Notes: generated by a model from the sequence alone, not told the origin. A DNA stretch of 64,000 bases from a virus (IMGVR_UViG_3300031227_000032:1-64000); one strand, 5' to 3'; shown: positions 48,433 through 58,878, counted from the stretch's first letter. Made by a program: numbers and translations.

Positions 48433-49564
48433 TTATCTCGCCAAACAAACTTCGCTGTTGAGTCCGCTTCTTTGCCAACTCTGCATACTCCGGGTTAAGC
48501 TCGATCCCTACCCACTGCCTGCCCAATGTCTCGGCTACTTCGCCTGTCGTGCCGCTGCCGAAGAACGGGTCTAGCACTATGCCGCCTTCAGGACACCCCG
48601 CCAGTATGCATCGCCGTGGTATCTCAGGCGGGAACACTGCGAAGTGCGCGCCGCTGTAGGGCTTGGTAGCGATTGTCCAGACGTTGCGGGCGTTGCGGGT
48701 TTCACCTCTGCCGCTGAGCATTGCTCGAGTACCCTGCTTGCTGGTGTCTGATGCTCGAGATAGGCTATCGCCTTTGTGCGCGATATTCCCGCCGAGCCGC
48801 TGATAGCATTGCCGCATGCCCGGGAAGTTCACATCTGTTTGATTAGGTTCGCTGATCGCATCCGCGTCATACCAATAATCCATTCCCCGCCACAGGTTAA
48901 TCCGCCGCCAGTCTGCCATCATTACTTCGGGTGGCTCAACGTCGGTTTCCTCTCTGGTGTGTTTATTGATCCATCGGTAATCCGTCAGATGCACGTATGA
49001 CCACTCACGGGAATCACGGTGTCGCCAGACGGTTGTGTTACCACTCTTGGTCAGCAGGTAGATATGCTCATGCGCTGACGTTGGGCGATCCTTGCAACTC
49101 TCGGGCATCGGGTTAGGCTTTGCCCAGATGATGTCACTACGCAGCCACCAGCCGTCAGCCCGCAGCGCCAGGGCTACACGGGCGGGGATCATGCACAGGT
49201 CTTTGGGTTTGAGTCCTGGGGGTAGTTTGCGCCGTGGCAATGCAGTTCCTTCCGCTTGCCCAATGTTACGACCAGTGGTGCTGTTCGCCCCTTGTTTGCC
49301 TGTCATACATCCAACGCTGTAGCTATCCCCCAGGTTCAGCCAGCATGTGCCCTCGGGTTTTAGCACGCGCCGCACTTCGGCGAACACCGCTACCATCTTG
49401 GCGACATATTCATCCGGCGTGGATTCAAGGCCGATCTGCTCATCGTTGCCATAGTCACGCAAGCCCCAGTAAGGCGGACTGGTCACACAGCAATCAATGG
49501 AATCAGCAGCCATGCCGCGCAGGATTTCGATACAGTCGCCAACGCGGATGGTGTTAGTCTCCAT
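48413..49564 (-). CDS. DNA N4-cytosine/N6-adenine methyltransferase (beta class)
   Basis: TSPPY, IIWAKPNPMP, HFAVFP, VLDPFFGSGTT. Confidence 0.9.
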   Translation of the reverse strand: METNTIRVGDCIEILRGMAADSIDCCVTSPPYWGLRDYGNDEQIGLESTPDEYVAKMVAVFAEVRRVLKPEGTCWLNLGDSYSVGCMTGKQGANSTTGRNIGQAEGTALPRRKLPPGLKPKDLCMIPARVALALRADGWWLRSDIIWAKPNPMPESCKDRPTSAHEHIYLLTKSGNTTVWRHRDSREWSYVHLTDYRWINKHTREETDVEPPEVMMADWRRINLWRGMDYWYDADAISEPNQTDVNFPGMRQCYQRLGGNIAHKGDSLSRASDTSKQGTRAMLSGRGETRNARNVWTIATKPYSGAHFAVFPPEIPRRCILAGCPEGGIVLDPFFGSGTTGEVAETLGRQWVGIELNPEYAELAKKRTQQRSLFGEINETTPH

Positions 49565-50429
49565 TTAGCTCATCATCCACAACGCGCACTATGGGTTGCT
49601 CAGGATCATTGGTTGCGAAATCATGCACCATCGGATGTTCGCCCGCTTCTGGATGTTCTGCCATCTCCCATGGCGGCTTATCCGTCACTGTCATTATTGA
49701 TTTAACTTCGCCAATCTTTACGGGCAAACCATCATCATCCCTGAAACACAGATCGGCTATTGGCTTACGTTTCATCGCATAGACTTCCATCATGTTACCT
49801 GGCCATGCGAAGTTGTATTTGAATCCTAACAGCTTGCCGATGAACTTAAACCAATCCCACGTATCAGCATAAGGCGTTCCGTGATATGGCAACTCAATAT
49901 CTGTAATCACCATGCCGACATGTCGCAAGATGTTACACAGTTCACGTTCGCCGAATGTCACATAGTTATACGCAGGATCGAGTGCCGGTAAGTCACCGAA
50001 TAGCCTATACACTATGCTGTCAGTATTGGGCGTTGCGAGGAATATCATGTATCCCCCTGGACGCAAGCGTTCAACGCATTCGCTGATCACTGTTAGCGGA
50101 TTGTCAAGGTGCTGGATAGTGCCACGGAATACTACAACATCGTAGTAATCGTAGCGGTATTTATACGGATGTACTGTGATGCCTTTGCTTGCAGCAATCT
50201 CGCGCGCATGGTCTGATACTTCGATGCCGTGCTTAGTCCACGTATCGGGGAACATCTGCAGAAAATCGCCGATACCACAGCCGTAGTCCAGAATGCGATG
50301 CCGCTTATCGAAGTCAGGTATCAGCGTTTCGATACGCGCGATCTCCTGTCGGTACATCTCCGCGCGCTTCGGATCGTCGCCGTATGCCGAGAAGTAGTCG
50401 GCGTTGTATAGCTTTTGGGGGCTAGTCAT
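49554..50429 (-). CDS. Class I SAM-dependent methyltransferase (glycan-cluster type)
   Basis: ILDYGCGIG, GIE.S, HL..P, L.PGG...TPN. Confidence 0.85.
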   Translation of the reverse strand: MTSPQKLYNADYFSAYGDDPKRAEMYRQEIARIETLIPDFDKRHRILDYGCGIGDFLQMFPDTWTKHGIEVSDHAREIAASKGITVHPYKYRYDYYDVVVFRGTIQHLDNPLTVISECVERLRPGGYMIFLATPNTDSIVYRLFGDLPALDPAYNYVTFGERELCNILRHVGMVITDIELPYHGTPYADTWDWFKFIGKLLGFKYNFAWPGNMMEVYAMKRKPIADLCFRDDDGLPVKIGEVKSIMTVTDKPPWEMAEHPEAGEHPMVHDFATNDPEQPIVRVVDDELNGD

Positions 50430-50439
50430 GTTTACTCCC

Positions 50440-50661
50440 TTACTCTACTCTGCGCTTGACTCCAGCGCAATACACATAACGTGGTTTATCACTGCTGTAC
50501 ATGCCGTCAAACTCCGCGCGTGATTCGGGCTTGCGCAGTGCGGCCTTGCGGCGTTTCAGCTTGTCAATCACGTTATCAACCTCATGCCACGAGCGCGGGT
50601 CGATGCCGCCTAAGCTGAACTCCAGATCAGAGATTGTAGCGTCAATGTCGCGTTTAGTCAT
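50440..50661 (-). CDS. Small hypothetical protein
   Basis: ATGA overlap with upstream gene. Confidence 0.5.
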   Translation of the reverse strand: MTKRDIDATISDLEFSLGGIDPRSWHEVDNVIDKLKRRKAALRKPESRAEFDGMYSSDKPRYVYCAGVKRRVE

Positions 50662-50924
50662 CGCAGACTGCTCTCAGTGATGTTCATTTCCTTTGCGAAC
50701 TCCAATATATCCGTCGTGATGTTCCCCGCCTCATCTGTGCAATTGTTAGCAACGGCGGTTCGCAAGTCACCCTCAAGCCGATTCAGCCGCGCCTCGCCGT
50801 CATTAACCCATTGCGTTGTTTCGTCAATGCCAGGGACATTGCCAGCCCACTCAATCATACCACGTTTATCATCAATGGTGGCATGCATAGATGCGATATA
50901 ACGCTCAATTAAATTATTATCCAT
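50658..50924 (-). CDS. Hypothetical protein, predicted leaderless
   Basis: TTGACA(50959)-17-TATGAT-6nt-ATG. Confidence 0.6.
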   Translation of the reverse strand: MDNNLIERYIASMHATIDDKRGMIEWAGNVPGIDETTQWVNDGEARLNRLEGDLRTAVANNCTDEAGNITTDILEFAKEMNITESSLR

Positions 50925-50963
50925 ACCACCATCATACCACACTACCGAGCATTTGTCAACCCC

Positions 50964-51758
50964 TCATCGCGCATCCTGTTTCCATGCCGCGCGTTTCGCG
51001 CAGGTATCCAGTGCATCAGCTTGGGCAATGTTCGCCGCCCCGATCTTGTCAACCTGCGCCGCCGCCTCGTTTGCTGTATCATGCACTGAGAATGTAAGCC
51101 CATATCCGCCGTGCCAAACAAGTTCATACCAAATGGCGCGGTAACGGGTTTCGTCTAATGCGTTCGTCTCGGCGATGATCTCTGGCAGTATGCGTAGGAA
51201 ACGCTGATGGTCAGGCATTTTAGTATATGGCGTCTCACTGTAATAATCAATATCATTGGCGTGGCTTACCTGATCAATGTGTTCGGCATGTTCGAGCGCC
51301 GCCAGCATGCTTTCAAATCCTAACCTTTTGATAACCGCCTTTTTCCAGTCCCAGCAACTGCCGCCATCAGTGAAACCTCAACCGCCAGATGATGATGATG
51401 TTCCTTTCTGCACACCTCCCCAATAAATATCATATTGATCGCCGTCTTTGATTATCCATGCTGGCTTATGCAAATCACTCAATGCGCATTTAGCAACATA
51501 TGTGGTACGTTGTGTATTGCATAATGAATATCGGATAGCGTATATTGGGAGCGCACATAATACCAATATACACAGGGCCATAATGACTATACATATCGTT
51601 GATCCCACACAGGCGACTTCAGACATCTCATGCCCATCTGCCGCAGATTGGGTAATGTATGCGTATTGTGGCCCTGCCACTTCATCACACGAACAAGTTA
51701 GCGTAACTATCAGCAATATACTGATTAACGCAACTGCAAATTGCAAATGTTTGTTCAT
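50964..51758 (-). CDS. Membrane protein, 264 aa if the in-frame TGA at 51378-51380 is read through; paralog of 51791..52270
   Basis: Leaderless start; frame open across TGA into 50964..51308; both halves resemble parts of the intact neighbour. Confidence 0.6.
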
Positions 51759-51790
51759 GCTTACACTATACCACACTCCGCGCCGTTTGT

Positions 51791-52270
51791 CTAGTACCAC
51801 GTATCTCTTTTCTTTGCAATGATATCATCTTGCTTAGCCTGCAGCCTTTGGGCTAAATCCTGCTCCGCTAATTGCCGTGTGGCGTGAATAGTTTGAACCA
51901 CTTCACACCATTCATACTGCTCTGACCATGAAGATGTACCACAGCCGTCTATGGTATCACTGCCGTGCGTGTAGTGATTCGTTTCAGACTTTAACTCATA
52001 TACGCACACTGCGTAACGCTGCTCGCCTAGCTCATTTTGCTCAGTTTCAATCCACGGGTCTCTGGCAAGGTCTTTCACTCTGACGGCGCGTTTACGGGCG
52101 CAATAACGGATTATTGCAATCCCACCGAATATTGATAATACCATTATCCCTGATGCGACTACTATGTACAGCAGATTGCCAGACGCGAGCGGTGGTATCA
52201 AGCATAGCGGACATACCAATAAAAGCATTCCGATTATAATAGTTTCATCACTCATGCCATATGTGTCCAT
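51791..52270 (-). CDS. Two-TM membrane protein, predicted leaderless
   Basis: TTGACA(52305)-17-TATGAT-6nt-ATG; hydrophobic N-terminus. Confidence 0.65.
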   Translation of the reverse strand: MDTYGMSDETIIIGMLLLVCPLCLIPPLASGNLLYIVVASGIMVLSIFGGIAIIRYCARKRAVRVKDLARDPWIETEQNELGEQRYAVCVYELKSETNHYTHGSDTIDGCGTSSWSEQYEWCEVVQTIHATRQLAEQDLAQRLQAKQDDIIAKKRDTWY

Positions 52271-52301
52271 ACTACCATCATACCACACTATCGCGCTTTT
52301 G

Positions 52302-53540
52302 TCAACCCCAGACCACGCATTCATCACGCATCCTGTTTATCCACGTCAGCAGTTGCCAGTAATCCAACTCCAGCCCATGCGCAATATCCAGCACTGACAG
52401 CCTGCCGTCCAGCAAATCGAGCACGTCGGCGTATTTCAGATTGAGTTGCCGATCCTGTCGCCAGTCTACCCATAGCCCATGCTTCGATAAACAGATCGGC
52501 CCTTGCCCCGTGCGTTGCGGATACCAGTCGCTATCCATCATATCCAGCAGATCAGCAACGCGGTTAGCGGCGTCCATTATCAAGCTGGGGTGTAGGCGCT
52601 CCGCAGTGTCCAGGCTCGTGTGATAGCCGTAATATGGCACCTCACCTTTCGCCCAGCAACGCGCACGGCTTATACTGACAGCTGGGATGCCGACGTTGTT
52701 ATACACCTTTTCATCATTGCTTACAACGGTGCGGTATGGCTCGGCCTCATCACAGACCAGCACGCCAGCTTTGTCAATCAGCGATTCATCGAACGGCGAG
52801 TGCTGTAATACTAGCCTGTTATCATTGCCCAGCATATCCAGCGCGATAGCGTAGCGGATGTTATGCTGCTCGTTCGCCAAGTATGCGATAGTGCCGATGG
52901 TCTCAGGTAGCCACAGAAATCTCAACCCATACTTACGCGGCGTATCGCGGAGTCGCTTCACAAGCTCGACCATCGCAACGCAACCTGACGCATCATCGTT
53001 CGCCTGCATCGGATGGCAGACGTGCGCTGTCAGCACAATCTCGGCGTCAAGCGTGCCAGGTAGGTACACCTCGCCGATGGCAAGTTCGCCGTCGCTAAAC
53101 TCGCTGTCGATAAGCACGCGGTATTCGTCAGCATCGAACTCGTGTAGGCGGTCATGCTGAATGCAGAATGCCCACGCTGGTTCGTAGTATGAAAACTCAA
53201 ACGGGATACCCGCTGGGCAATCCTCACGACTGCGCACATGTTTCATCAGCTCGTTATGGCTGATCGCAGTATCGACCGCCGTGCTGTAGCTCATCACGTG
53301 CAGCGGATGGTCGTCAGTGGATACGATGATACTACCGTCGGGACGTGCGATGTATGCTGTGCGGCACTCCCACTTCGGCGGTATCGTCCAGTCCCATACC
53401 TCACTGCCGGTCGGGTAGCGATGTATTTGCAGCTCCGGTAGGCGTGCGGCAATCGCGCCAAGTGCCGTATCGTAGCCGTCTGAGATGAGGTCACGGCGGT
53501 ATGCGCTGATTTCGTGAAGTAGGTTTTGCATAGTTGACAT
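52302..53540 (-). CDS. DUF4910 aminopeptidase-like protein with C-terminal winged helix
   Basis: WTIP..W, LHV.SYS, IP...SYY...W.FC, H.CHP.QAND..SG, PETIG, YHTS.D. Confidence 0.85.
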   Translation of the reverse strand: MSTMQNLLHEISAYRRDLISDGYDTALGAIAARLPELQIHRYPTGSEVWDWTIPPKWECRTAYIARPDGSIIVSTDDHPLHVMSYSTAVDTAISHNELMKHVRSREDCPAGIPFEFSYYEPAWAFCIQHDRLHEFDADEYRVLIDSEFSDGELAIGEVYLPGTLDAEIVLTAHVCHPMQANDDASGCVAMVELVKRLRDTPRKYGLRFLWLPETIGTIAYLANEQHNIRYAIALDMLGNDNRLVLQHSPFDESLIDKAGVLVCDEAEPYRTVVSNDEKVYNNVGIPAVSISRARCWAKGEVPYYGYHTSLDTAERLHPSLIMDAANRVADLLDMMDSDWYPQRTGQGPICLSKHGLWVDWRQDRQLNLKYADVLDLLDGRLSVLDIAHGLELDYWQLLTWINRMRDECVVWG

Positions 53541-53568
53541 TTAGCGTGATGTGTGGTATAGTGATGGT

Positions 53569-53754
53569 ATGAGGATTATCAAGATAGTCGCTGCATTCTT
53601 TTTATTCTGCGTGCTGGCGTCAATCCCAATATCATTACAACCTGAGGTTGGCGGCTATCTCAACGCATTAGTCGCAACAATTGCCGTGATGGTTGTAGGA
53701 TTGCTGATCGTCGTTCCGGTCGTGCTATTGCTGGCATCAGCAAGCGACCACTAA
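53569..53754 (+). CDS. Small two-TM membrane protein, predicted leaderless moron
   Basis: TTGACA(53534)-17-TATAGT-6nt-ATG. Confidence 0.6.
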   Translation: MRIIKIVAAFFLFCVLASIPISLQPEVGGYLNALVATIAVMVVGLLIVVPVVLLLASASDH

Positions 53755-53759
53755 TACCG

Positions 53760-55406
53760 CTACTTATCCGTCCCTGGTAGTAACTGTTTCACCGCTTTAT
53801 TCAGTCTGCACAGCGAGCTTGGCCCGTAGTGTCCTAGTGATATACGCGGATCGAGACTGCCCAGCACCATATTCATTCCAGCAGCCATACTACCAAATGG
53901 TTTTTGCGGTGGCCCTGTAGGCGGTTCCTGGTAGTCATAGTAATGCGTGCGGTTATTGCAGTAGTCTAGTCCGATCATGTGTATCGTCTTGACGTTCGGA
54001 AAACTCGCCGCAAGCTGTACCGCTCTGGATGAAATGCCGCCTGCGCCGTTCAGATTGAACGCCTCAAACTTCGCATCATTACGTCTAGGCGGTAGATGCT
54101 CGAACTCGTAATGATCGAACGGATAACCGCCTGCCGCCTCCAGTAGCTTATGCCCGATCAGGTGTACATTGCCCCGTAGGTTGCGCCAGATACGCGGATA
54201 CTTCCAGGCATCAATGTTCATCACTAAAAACAGATCAGCGTCCACAACTCCGCAACCTGCGTTAACGGAGATCACGGTATATTTGCTCAAGTCTACTTTG
54301 TCGATGTACAACGCGGTAGGCCCACTGCCGACGACCAGCACCTTATCGGTAGGCTGGAAATCCTCTGCGAACTTCTCTATCTTGCCAAGGCACTTACCCT
54401 GGACGTTCATCGGCGGCGATGCGTTAGGCTTGCTCAATGTCGTTTTATGCATGTCACCATATGTTATCAGCATATCGCGTTCCTGCTGTAGCCAGAACTC
54501 CGCCTCGTATGCTGAAAACTTGCTGCTCTGAATGCGCGATAGTGTGGGCTTTAACGCTCGCAGGTAATCGCCCGTTACAACCTTAGCGCCCTCATCTAAA
54601 TAATCCAGTAACAGATTGCCGCCTGGATGCTCGTGCAACATCGGCACGCCTGCGTTATAGACCGGCACGCTTGCCATAAGTGACTCATACGCGGCAGTAG
54701 AATTGATAGTGACTGTCGCATCAGGCCATCCGAAACTCAGCTTACCCTTGTCAACCTTCACGCCGTCTATCGGATGCTGTAAATACGGATCGTTGTAGAC
54801 CTGCTCGCCGTTTACTTCGCGTGATTCCTTGACTCGATTCAGCGTCTTAGGATGCGGACGGTATTTAATCTCCGCGTCAGGTAGTATCGTGCGAACGTCT
54901 TTAACTAACCGCAGTGAGTCATACCCCCTACTGCCGTATTGCAACGCCTGATCGCCCGTCACCTGTCCAATGATCAACACCTTGCGGATAGGCTGGCCTG
55001 TCGCTATTGCCGCCTCCGCCGCCATGCGCTGCGGTGAGGTGACGTAACGTAGGTAGGTATCGTCGGTGTATAAGCCCCAATCGAAGCGTGACGTTTCGTA
55101 GTGGTCTACCACGCCTAGCCCGTGATGCCAGTAGTTTATGCCAGCGTGACGGAATAGCCGCGAACGGAAATCACGATGCCCTGAATACTCACTACAGAAT
55201 ACAGTATCAACACGGTGGTCTAAGCATTGTGCTAACAATTCCTCATCGGTATACGCAAGGTCATCCAGCACATACACCTGGCCGAACGCGCTGAACATCG
55301 GACGTAACCTGTTGCTCCGGATATGCGGCACCATGTGAGTCGTTACCGCCACGATACGGTTAGCAAGCGGTGTGCTCTGGTCAGTTGTAGAGTGTAGTAG
55401 TTGCAT
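53760..55406 (-). CDS. Fusion of KpsC/KpsS-like GT domain and DUF115/MptE-like domain
   Basis: GQV.GD, YRPHP, TINSTAAYESL; then VVGSGPT, ISVN, IGLDY. Confidence 0.7.
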   Translation of the reverse strand: MQLLHSTTDQSTPLANRIVAVTTHMVPHIRSNRLRPMFSAFGQVYVLDDLAYTDEELLAQCLDHRVDTVFCSEYSGHRDFRSRLFRHAGINYWHHGLGVVDHYETSRFDWGLYTDDTYLRYVTSPQRMAAEAAIATGQPIRKVLIIGQVTGDQALQYGSRGYDSLRLVKDVRTILPDAEIKYRPHPKTLNRVKESREVNGEQVYNDPYLQHPIDGVKVDKGKLSFGWPDATVTINSTAAYESLMASVPVYNAGVPMLHEHPGGNLLLDYLDEGAKVVTGDYLRALKPTLSRIQSSKFSAYEAEFWLQQERDMLITYGDMHKTTLSKPNASPPMNVQGKCLGKIEKFAEDFQPTDKVLVVGSGPTALYIDKVDLSKYTVISVNAGCGVVDADLFLVMNIDAWKYPRIWRNLRGNVHLIGHKLLEAAGGYPFDHYEFEHLPPRRNDAKFEAFNLNGAGGISSRAVQLAASFPNVKTIHMIGLDYCNNRTHYYDYQEPPTGPPQKPFGSMAAGMNMVLGSLDPRISLGHYGPSSLCRLNKAVKQLLPGTDK

Positions 55407-55409
55407 AGG

Positions 55410-56153
55410 TTATCTAGGCTGGTCTGCTTGCCATTGTCTGATGCTCGCTTCGTTGCGTGGCTGAGTGTCCGCTATCCATTGCGCGAGTGCTGGGTTAAGC
55501 GGGCCTTTGTGACGTTTCATCCAGGTGTAGGGATCGCGGGCATGCTTGGAGTAATTACACCGCTGGCACGCTGGTATGATGTTATCTTGTGTGTATGGCC
55601 CATCATTGTCTTGTGCAATGAAATGTTCCTGATGAAACTCTTTACCTATTTCTGATTCTGTCCGATTGCAATATGCGCACCGGTGATTAAACAGCATCCA
55701 TGTATCTTGTCGTTGTTTTGGTGTCAGTGTGTCCGGCAAGTTGGCTTTGCGCGCTCTGCGACGTTGGTCTTTCATCCGGCATAGTTCTCTGCCCCTGTCA
55801 GTTGCGCGGTATACTTTACCATATTTAGCAGTCCTGTCTTTATGAACCTCGCGCCAGATCTTGATGCGATCATGATTTCGCTCATATCGCGCCTTTCTAC
55901 ATGCGGCAATATTCTCTTTGTTTGCTTCACAGTATGCCTTGCGAGTTACGGCAATCTTGTCTTTGTAATCTACACGATATGATTTGTCACGTGCGGCTTT
56001 GCGGTCTTTGTTGGCTTCATAGTACGCCTTGTCAGACATCTTCATGCACATTTTACATGCGCTCTGCAATCCGTCCCGTTTCCCTTTATGCTTATAAAAC
56101 TCGCCAACAGGCTTCACTTCCCCACACTTGCTGCATCGCTTAGTCTTACACAT
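55410..56153 (-). CDS. HNH endonuclease with N-terminal zinc finger, predicted leaderless
   Basis: CSKC..CKMC, helical repeats, CAYC..EH..N.IPAC..CN; TTGACA(56188)-17-TATACT-6nt-ATG. Confidence 0.85.
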   Translation of the reverse strand: MCKTKRCSKCGEVKPVGEFYKHKGKRDGLQSACKMCMKMSDKAYYEANKDRKAARDKSYRVDYKDKIAVTRKAYCEANKENIAACRKARYERNHDRIKIWREVHKDRTAKYGKVYRATDRGRELCRMKDQRRRARKANLPDTLTPKQRQDTWMLFNHRCAYCNRTESEIGKEFHQEHFIAQDNDGPYTQDNIIPACQRCNYSKHARDPYTWMKRHKGPLNPALAQWIADTQPRNEASIRQWQADQPR

Positions 56154-56315
56154 AGCTACAGTATACCACGGCTAGCGCGGAATGTCAAGTGGTTATGAAT
56201 ACTACACCGCGCAAATGTCAAGTGAATGAAACGGGCGACCCTAACGGCCCCAACATCAGAGCCGCCCGCGCAAAGGAGTTAATAGTAGTAACCTCGTAAG
56301 GCTACAGGTAGATTG

Positions 56316-56783
56316 CTATGCTGGATTCAGCAGATTGCCGCTAGCAGGCACGTTACCGTGACCACGAATCGCATGCACGCCGATAATGACACCGTAAGAC
56401 CACGAGCCAGTCAGCGTGATATAGACGCGGTAGAAATCGTAGTCCGGGTCAATCTTGACGCCCGCCATATAACTCTCGCTGATCTCTGTGTCATCGTTGA
56501 CGAATCCGAAAGCATTGGATGTGCTCTCGCCGTCCTTGCTGATCAGATCAGTTGCGGCGCAATCGGTATAGGTTCCGCCGAGCGTGGTACATTTCTGTAC
56601 CTTGCAAGTGACATAAACGGTTGACCCGAGCGTATCGCTGGAAGCGCCATAGTCCACTAGGAACGTGAGTGAGTTCCATCCGCCCATGTCAATGCCCGTC
56701 ACTTCCGTAGTGGCAGCACTGATAAGGATTGGCGACTGCAGTTTCTCAATAGATTGAGTATCAACGTTGCTTTGACTAGCCAT
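56316..56783 (-). CDS. Head decoration / capsid accessory protein
   Basis: Follows MCP; GIDM.G...L.F...YR.Y beta-sandwich pattern. Confidence 0.55.
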   Translation of the reverse strand: MASQSNVDTQSIEKLQSPILISAATTEVTGIDMGGWNSLTFLVDYGASSDTLGSTVYVTCKVQKCTTLGGTYTDCAATDLISKDGESTSNAFGFVNDDTEISESYMAGVKIDPDYDFYRVYITLTGSWSYGVIIGVHAIRGHGNVPASGNLLNPA

Positions 56784-58072
56784 TAGGTGATCTCCAGAAT
56801 TTTGATTGCTTCACTCTGTGCGACCTTGCCACCATAACGCGCATACCACTTGAATACCACGTTCGGGCTTGAGCTGAACGGATCACGCAGAATCCATACG
56901 TCCTTACGTCGCACAATACGGTAGCCCTCGCGGAAATCGCCTAGCATCAGCGGCTTATTCCCGTCAACAGCATCATTGTCCATAGACTGCGAAATGTCAT
57001 ACGGACGCCCCGCGAGCATGACCGGCGGGCCTTCCTTCAGATTGCGCTGCCAGATGAATCCACCGTTATCGTCTTCGAGCTTCATTGCCTTACCCAGCAC
57101 AGTCGCATTCATCAGGAATGTCGAACTATTCTGGTAGCGTGGCAGCAGTCCCGTACCGTCGTCGCCGTTACCGGAAAGCAGCGAATAGAAGTCAACCGCT
57201 TCGAGTAACCAAGTGCTCGTGTCATTGCCGGCCACGAGGTCAACGTCAGAGGTAGAGATGATACCTTCCGGCTTGCCGTTGCCATCACCTTCCAGGAAGG
57301 CGACTCCCAGCGTATAGCCGATAGCCTCGCCAGCGTCCTTAGTCAGCTCGTTTTCCATGTAACTAACATCCTGCAGCAACGAAGTGGTAGCAGGGGTGTT
57401 GACGCCTACAATGTGAATCGGAATACTGACCAGGTTATAAACCGACTGACTCGCGGTCGCATCGCTTTCCTCGCCAACCCAGTAACCGGTAGGCCCAGCA
57501 GAGCGCCGACTAAACCGATACTCGTTGGAGTTTTCCAGCGTAACTACGCGAGCATACTTCATAATCGGATCAACGCTGACGGTGTTCTTAACAATCTCAT
57601 CAGTCTGTTCCGGAGTGACAAGGAAACCGCCAGCGGTAGCCACGCCCTCAGACAATGCGCGGGTAGCAATAGCCTGAAATTCCTGACGCGCCATAAACTC
57701 CTTAGCGAGCCCAGGATTATCGTCACGCATAAACGCATGACTAGCGACGCGGTGCTCTTCTTTCAGCACGTCAGTTTCGCCAGCGGCATTACTCCGCGAC
57801 AGCTTAGTGTCCAGTTCGTCAATGCGAGATTCCAGCGCTTCAGTAGCATCTTCGCGTGCCAGCTTATCAGCGTCATTGGCAACCCGCGCCTCGCCGACCT
57901 CTTTAGTAACGCCGACTACTTCTTCAGTGATGCGAGCAAACATTTCGTCAACGTCGCTGCGGGCAACCTTGCTGCCCAAGAGCGTTTGCATTTCCTCAAC
58001 GTGCTCGCCAATGTCGCCGAGCCGATTCTGTAAATCGGTGCCCAGCTTTTCAAAATTAAATTCGGTACTCAT
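56783..58072 (-). CDS. HK97-fold major capsid protein
   Basis: Coiled-coil delta domain, GGFLV.P, W..E, AFL.GDG..KP.GI, GDF, R.GG. Confidence 0.92.
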   Translation of the reverse strand: MSTEFNFEKLGTDLQNRLGDIGEHVEEMQTLLGSKVARSDVDEMFARITEEVVGVTKEVGEARVANDADKLAREDATEALESRIDELDTKLSRSNAAGETDVLKEEHRVASHAFMRDDNPGLAKEFMARQEFQAIATRALSEGVATAGGFLVTPEQTDEIVKNTVSVDPIMKYARVVTLENSNEYRFSRRSAGPTGYWVGEESDATASQSVYNLVSIPIHIVGVNTPATTSLLQDVSYMENELTKDAGEAIGYTLGVAFLEGDGNGKPEGIISTSDVDLVAGNDTSTWLLEAVDFYSLLSGNGDDGTGLLPRYQNSSTFLMNATVLGKAMKLEDDNGGFIWQRNLKEGPPVMLAGRPYDISQSMDNDAVDGNKPLMLGDFREGYRIVRRKDVWILRDPFSSSPNVVFKWYARYGGKVAQSEAIKILEIT

Positions 58073-58103
58073 AGATTCCTCCGATGAGTAAAGTAAATGT
58101 GTG

Positions 58104-58841
58104 TTACAGTTTATTTGCAACAGTGGTAGCGGTGTCTATCAGCGAGTGCAACATGCGCGACTCAGCTTCATTAGTAGCGGCTTGAGTGGATTCATCCGGC
58201 TCAAGTGCTGGCGCTTCAATGTCAGCTTCGGTACTGCCGTGCCCGTCGCCGTTGTCTGCAAGGTATTCGTCAAGCTGCGTAGCATTCGGAATGCTCACGC
58301 CTAAATCTTGAAGTAGCTGGATTGTAAACCTAACTTGCGCTAGATTATATGCGGATCGCATTTCATTGACTCCAGCACTCGGCCCAGCCTGCCAGTCTGG
58401 AGGTGTAATCGAATATTCAAATAGTCTCGCCTCTTTAACATGATTAACTTGCTTATCGTCAGTCTCCATTTGCATAGGTTGGAAGCCGACGGATAGACCA
58501 ATCTTACGATCAGCCTCATGTACCAACTTCATATATCCCCACGTCTCTTTAGCGATGGCGTGAGTCTCGATACTCAGCTTCGCACTGACTGCTAGGCCGT
58601 GCAGGTCTTCCGTTGCTGACTGCCCCAATCCAATCGGCGGTCTGCCAGAATATGAATCGTGCATATACAGCACTGATACCTTGCCGCCATTCTCCGATAG
58701 CGTCTTTTTATATGCGCCAGGGTCTACCATTTCGTTGTAGCATTCAATCAGTTCATTGAACACACTGGCGTATCCGTCAAACTCTCCTGTATCGCGCACG
58801 TCGGCTACGCGCATTTTAACGGTGTAATAATGTCTATCCAT
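58104..58841 (-). CDS. HK97-type prohead protease
   Basis: FDGYASVF, L..HD, GLSVGF, L.EYSI; start MDRHY. Confidence 0.9.
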   Translation of the reverse strand: MDRHYYTVKMRVADVRDTGEFDGYASVFNELIECYNEMVDPGAYKKTLSENGGKVSVLYMHDSYSGRPPIGLGQSATEDLHGLAVSAKLSIETHAIAKETWGYMKLVHEADRKIGLSVGFQPMQMETDDKQVNHVKEARLFEYSITPPDWQAGPSAGVNEMRSAYNLAQVRFTIQLLQDLGVSIPNATQLDEYLADNGDGHGSTEADIEAPALEPDESTQAATNEAESRMLHSLIDTATTVANKL

Positions 58842-58878
58842 GTTTCCCCCGTGGCGGGTAGCCGCCGTGTTTATCCTC

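Noticed and set aside
50925-50966. Fourth in-frame TGA-GG (QDAR-TGA-GVDKC...) running into ORF 50658 with a weak AUGCU-CGGU-AGUGU hairpin
   Set aside because: The segment is fully explained as a TTGACA-17-TATGAT leaderless promoter; the paralog ends at the same place; no preceding Gly or Cys
56190-56225. Second tandem TTGACA promoter upstream of the HNH gene
   Set aside because: No acceptable -10 at 16-18 nt
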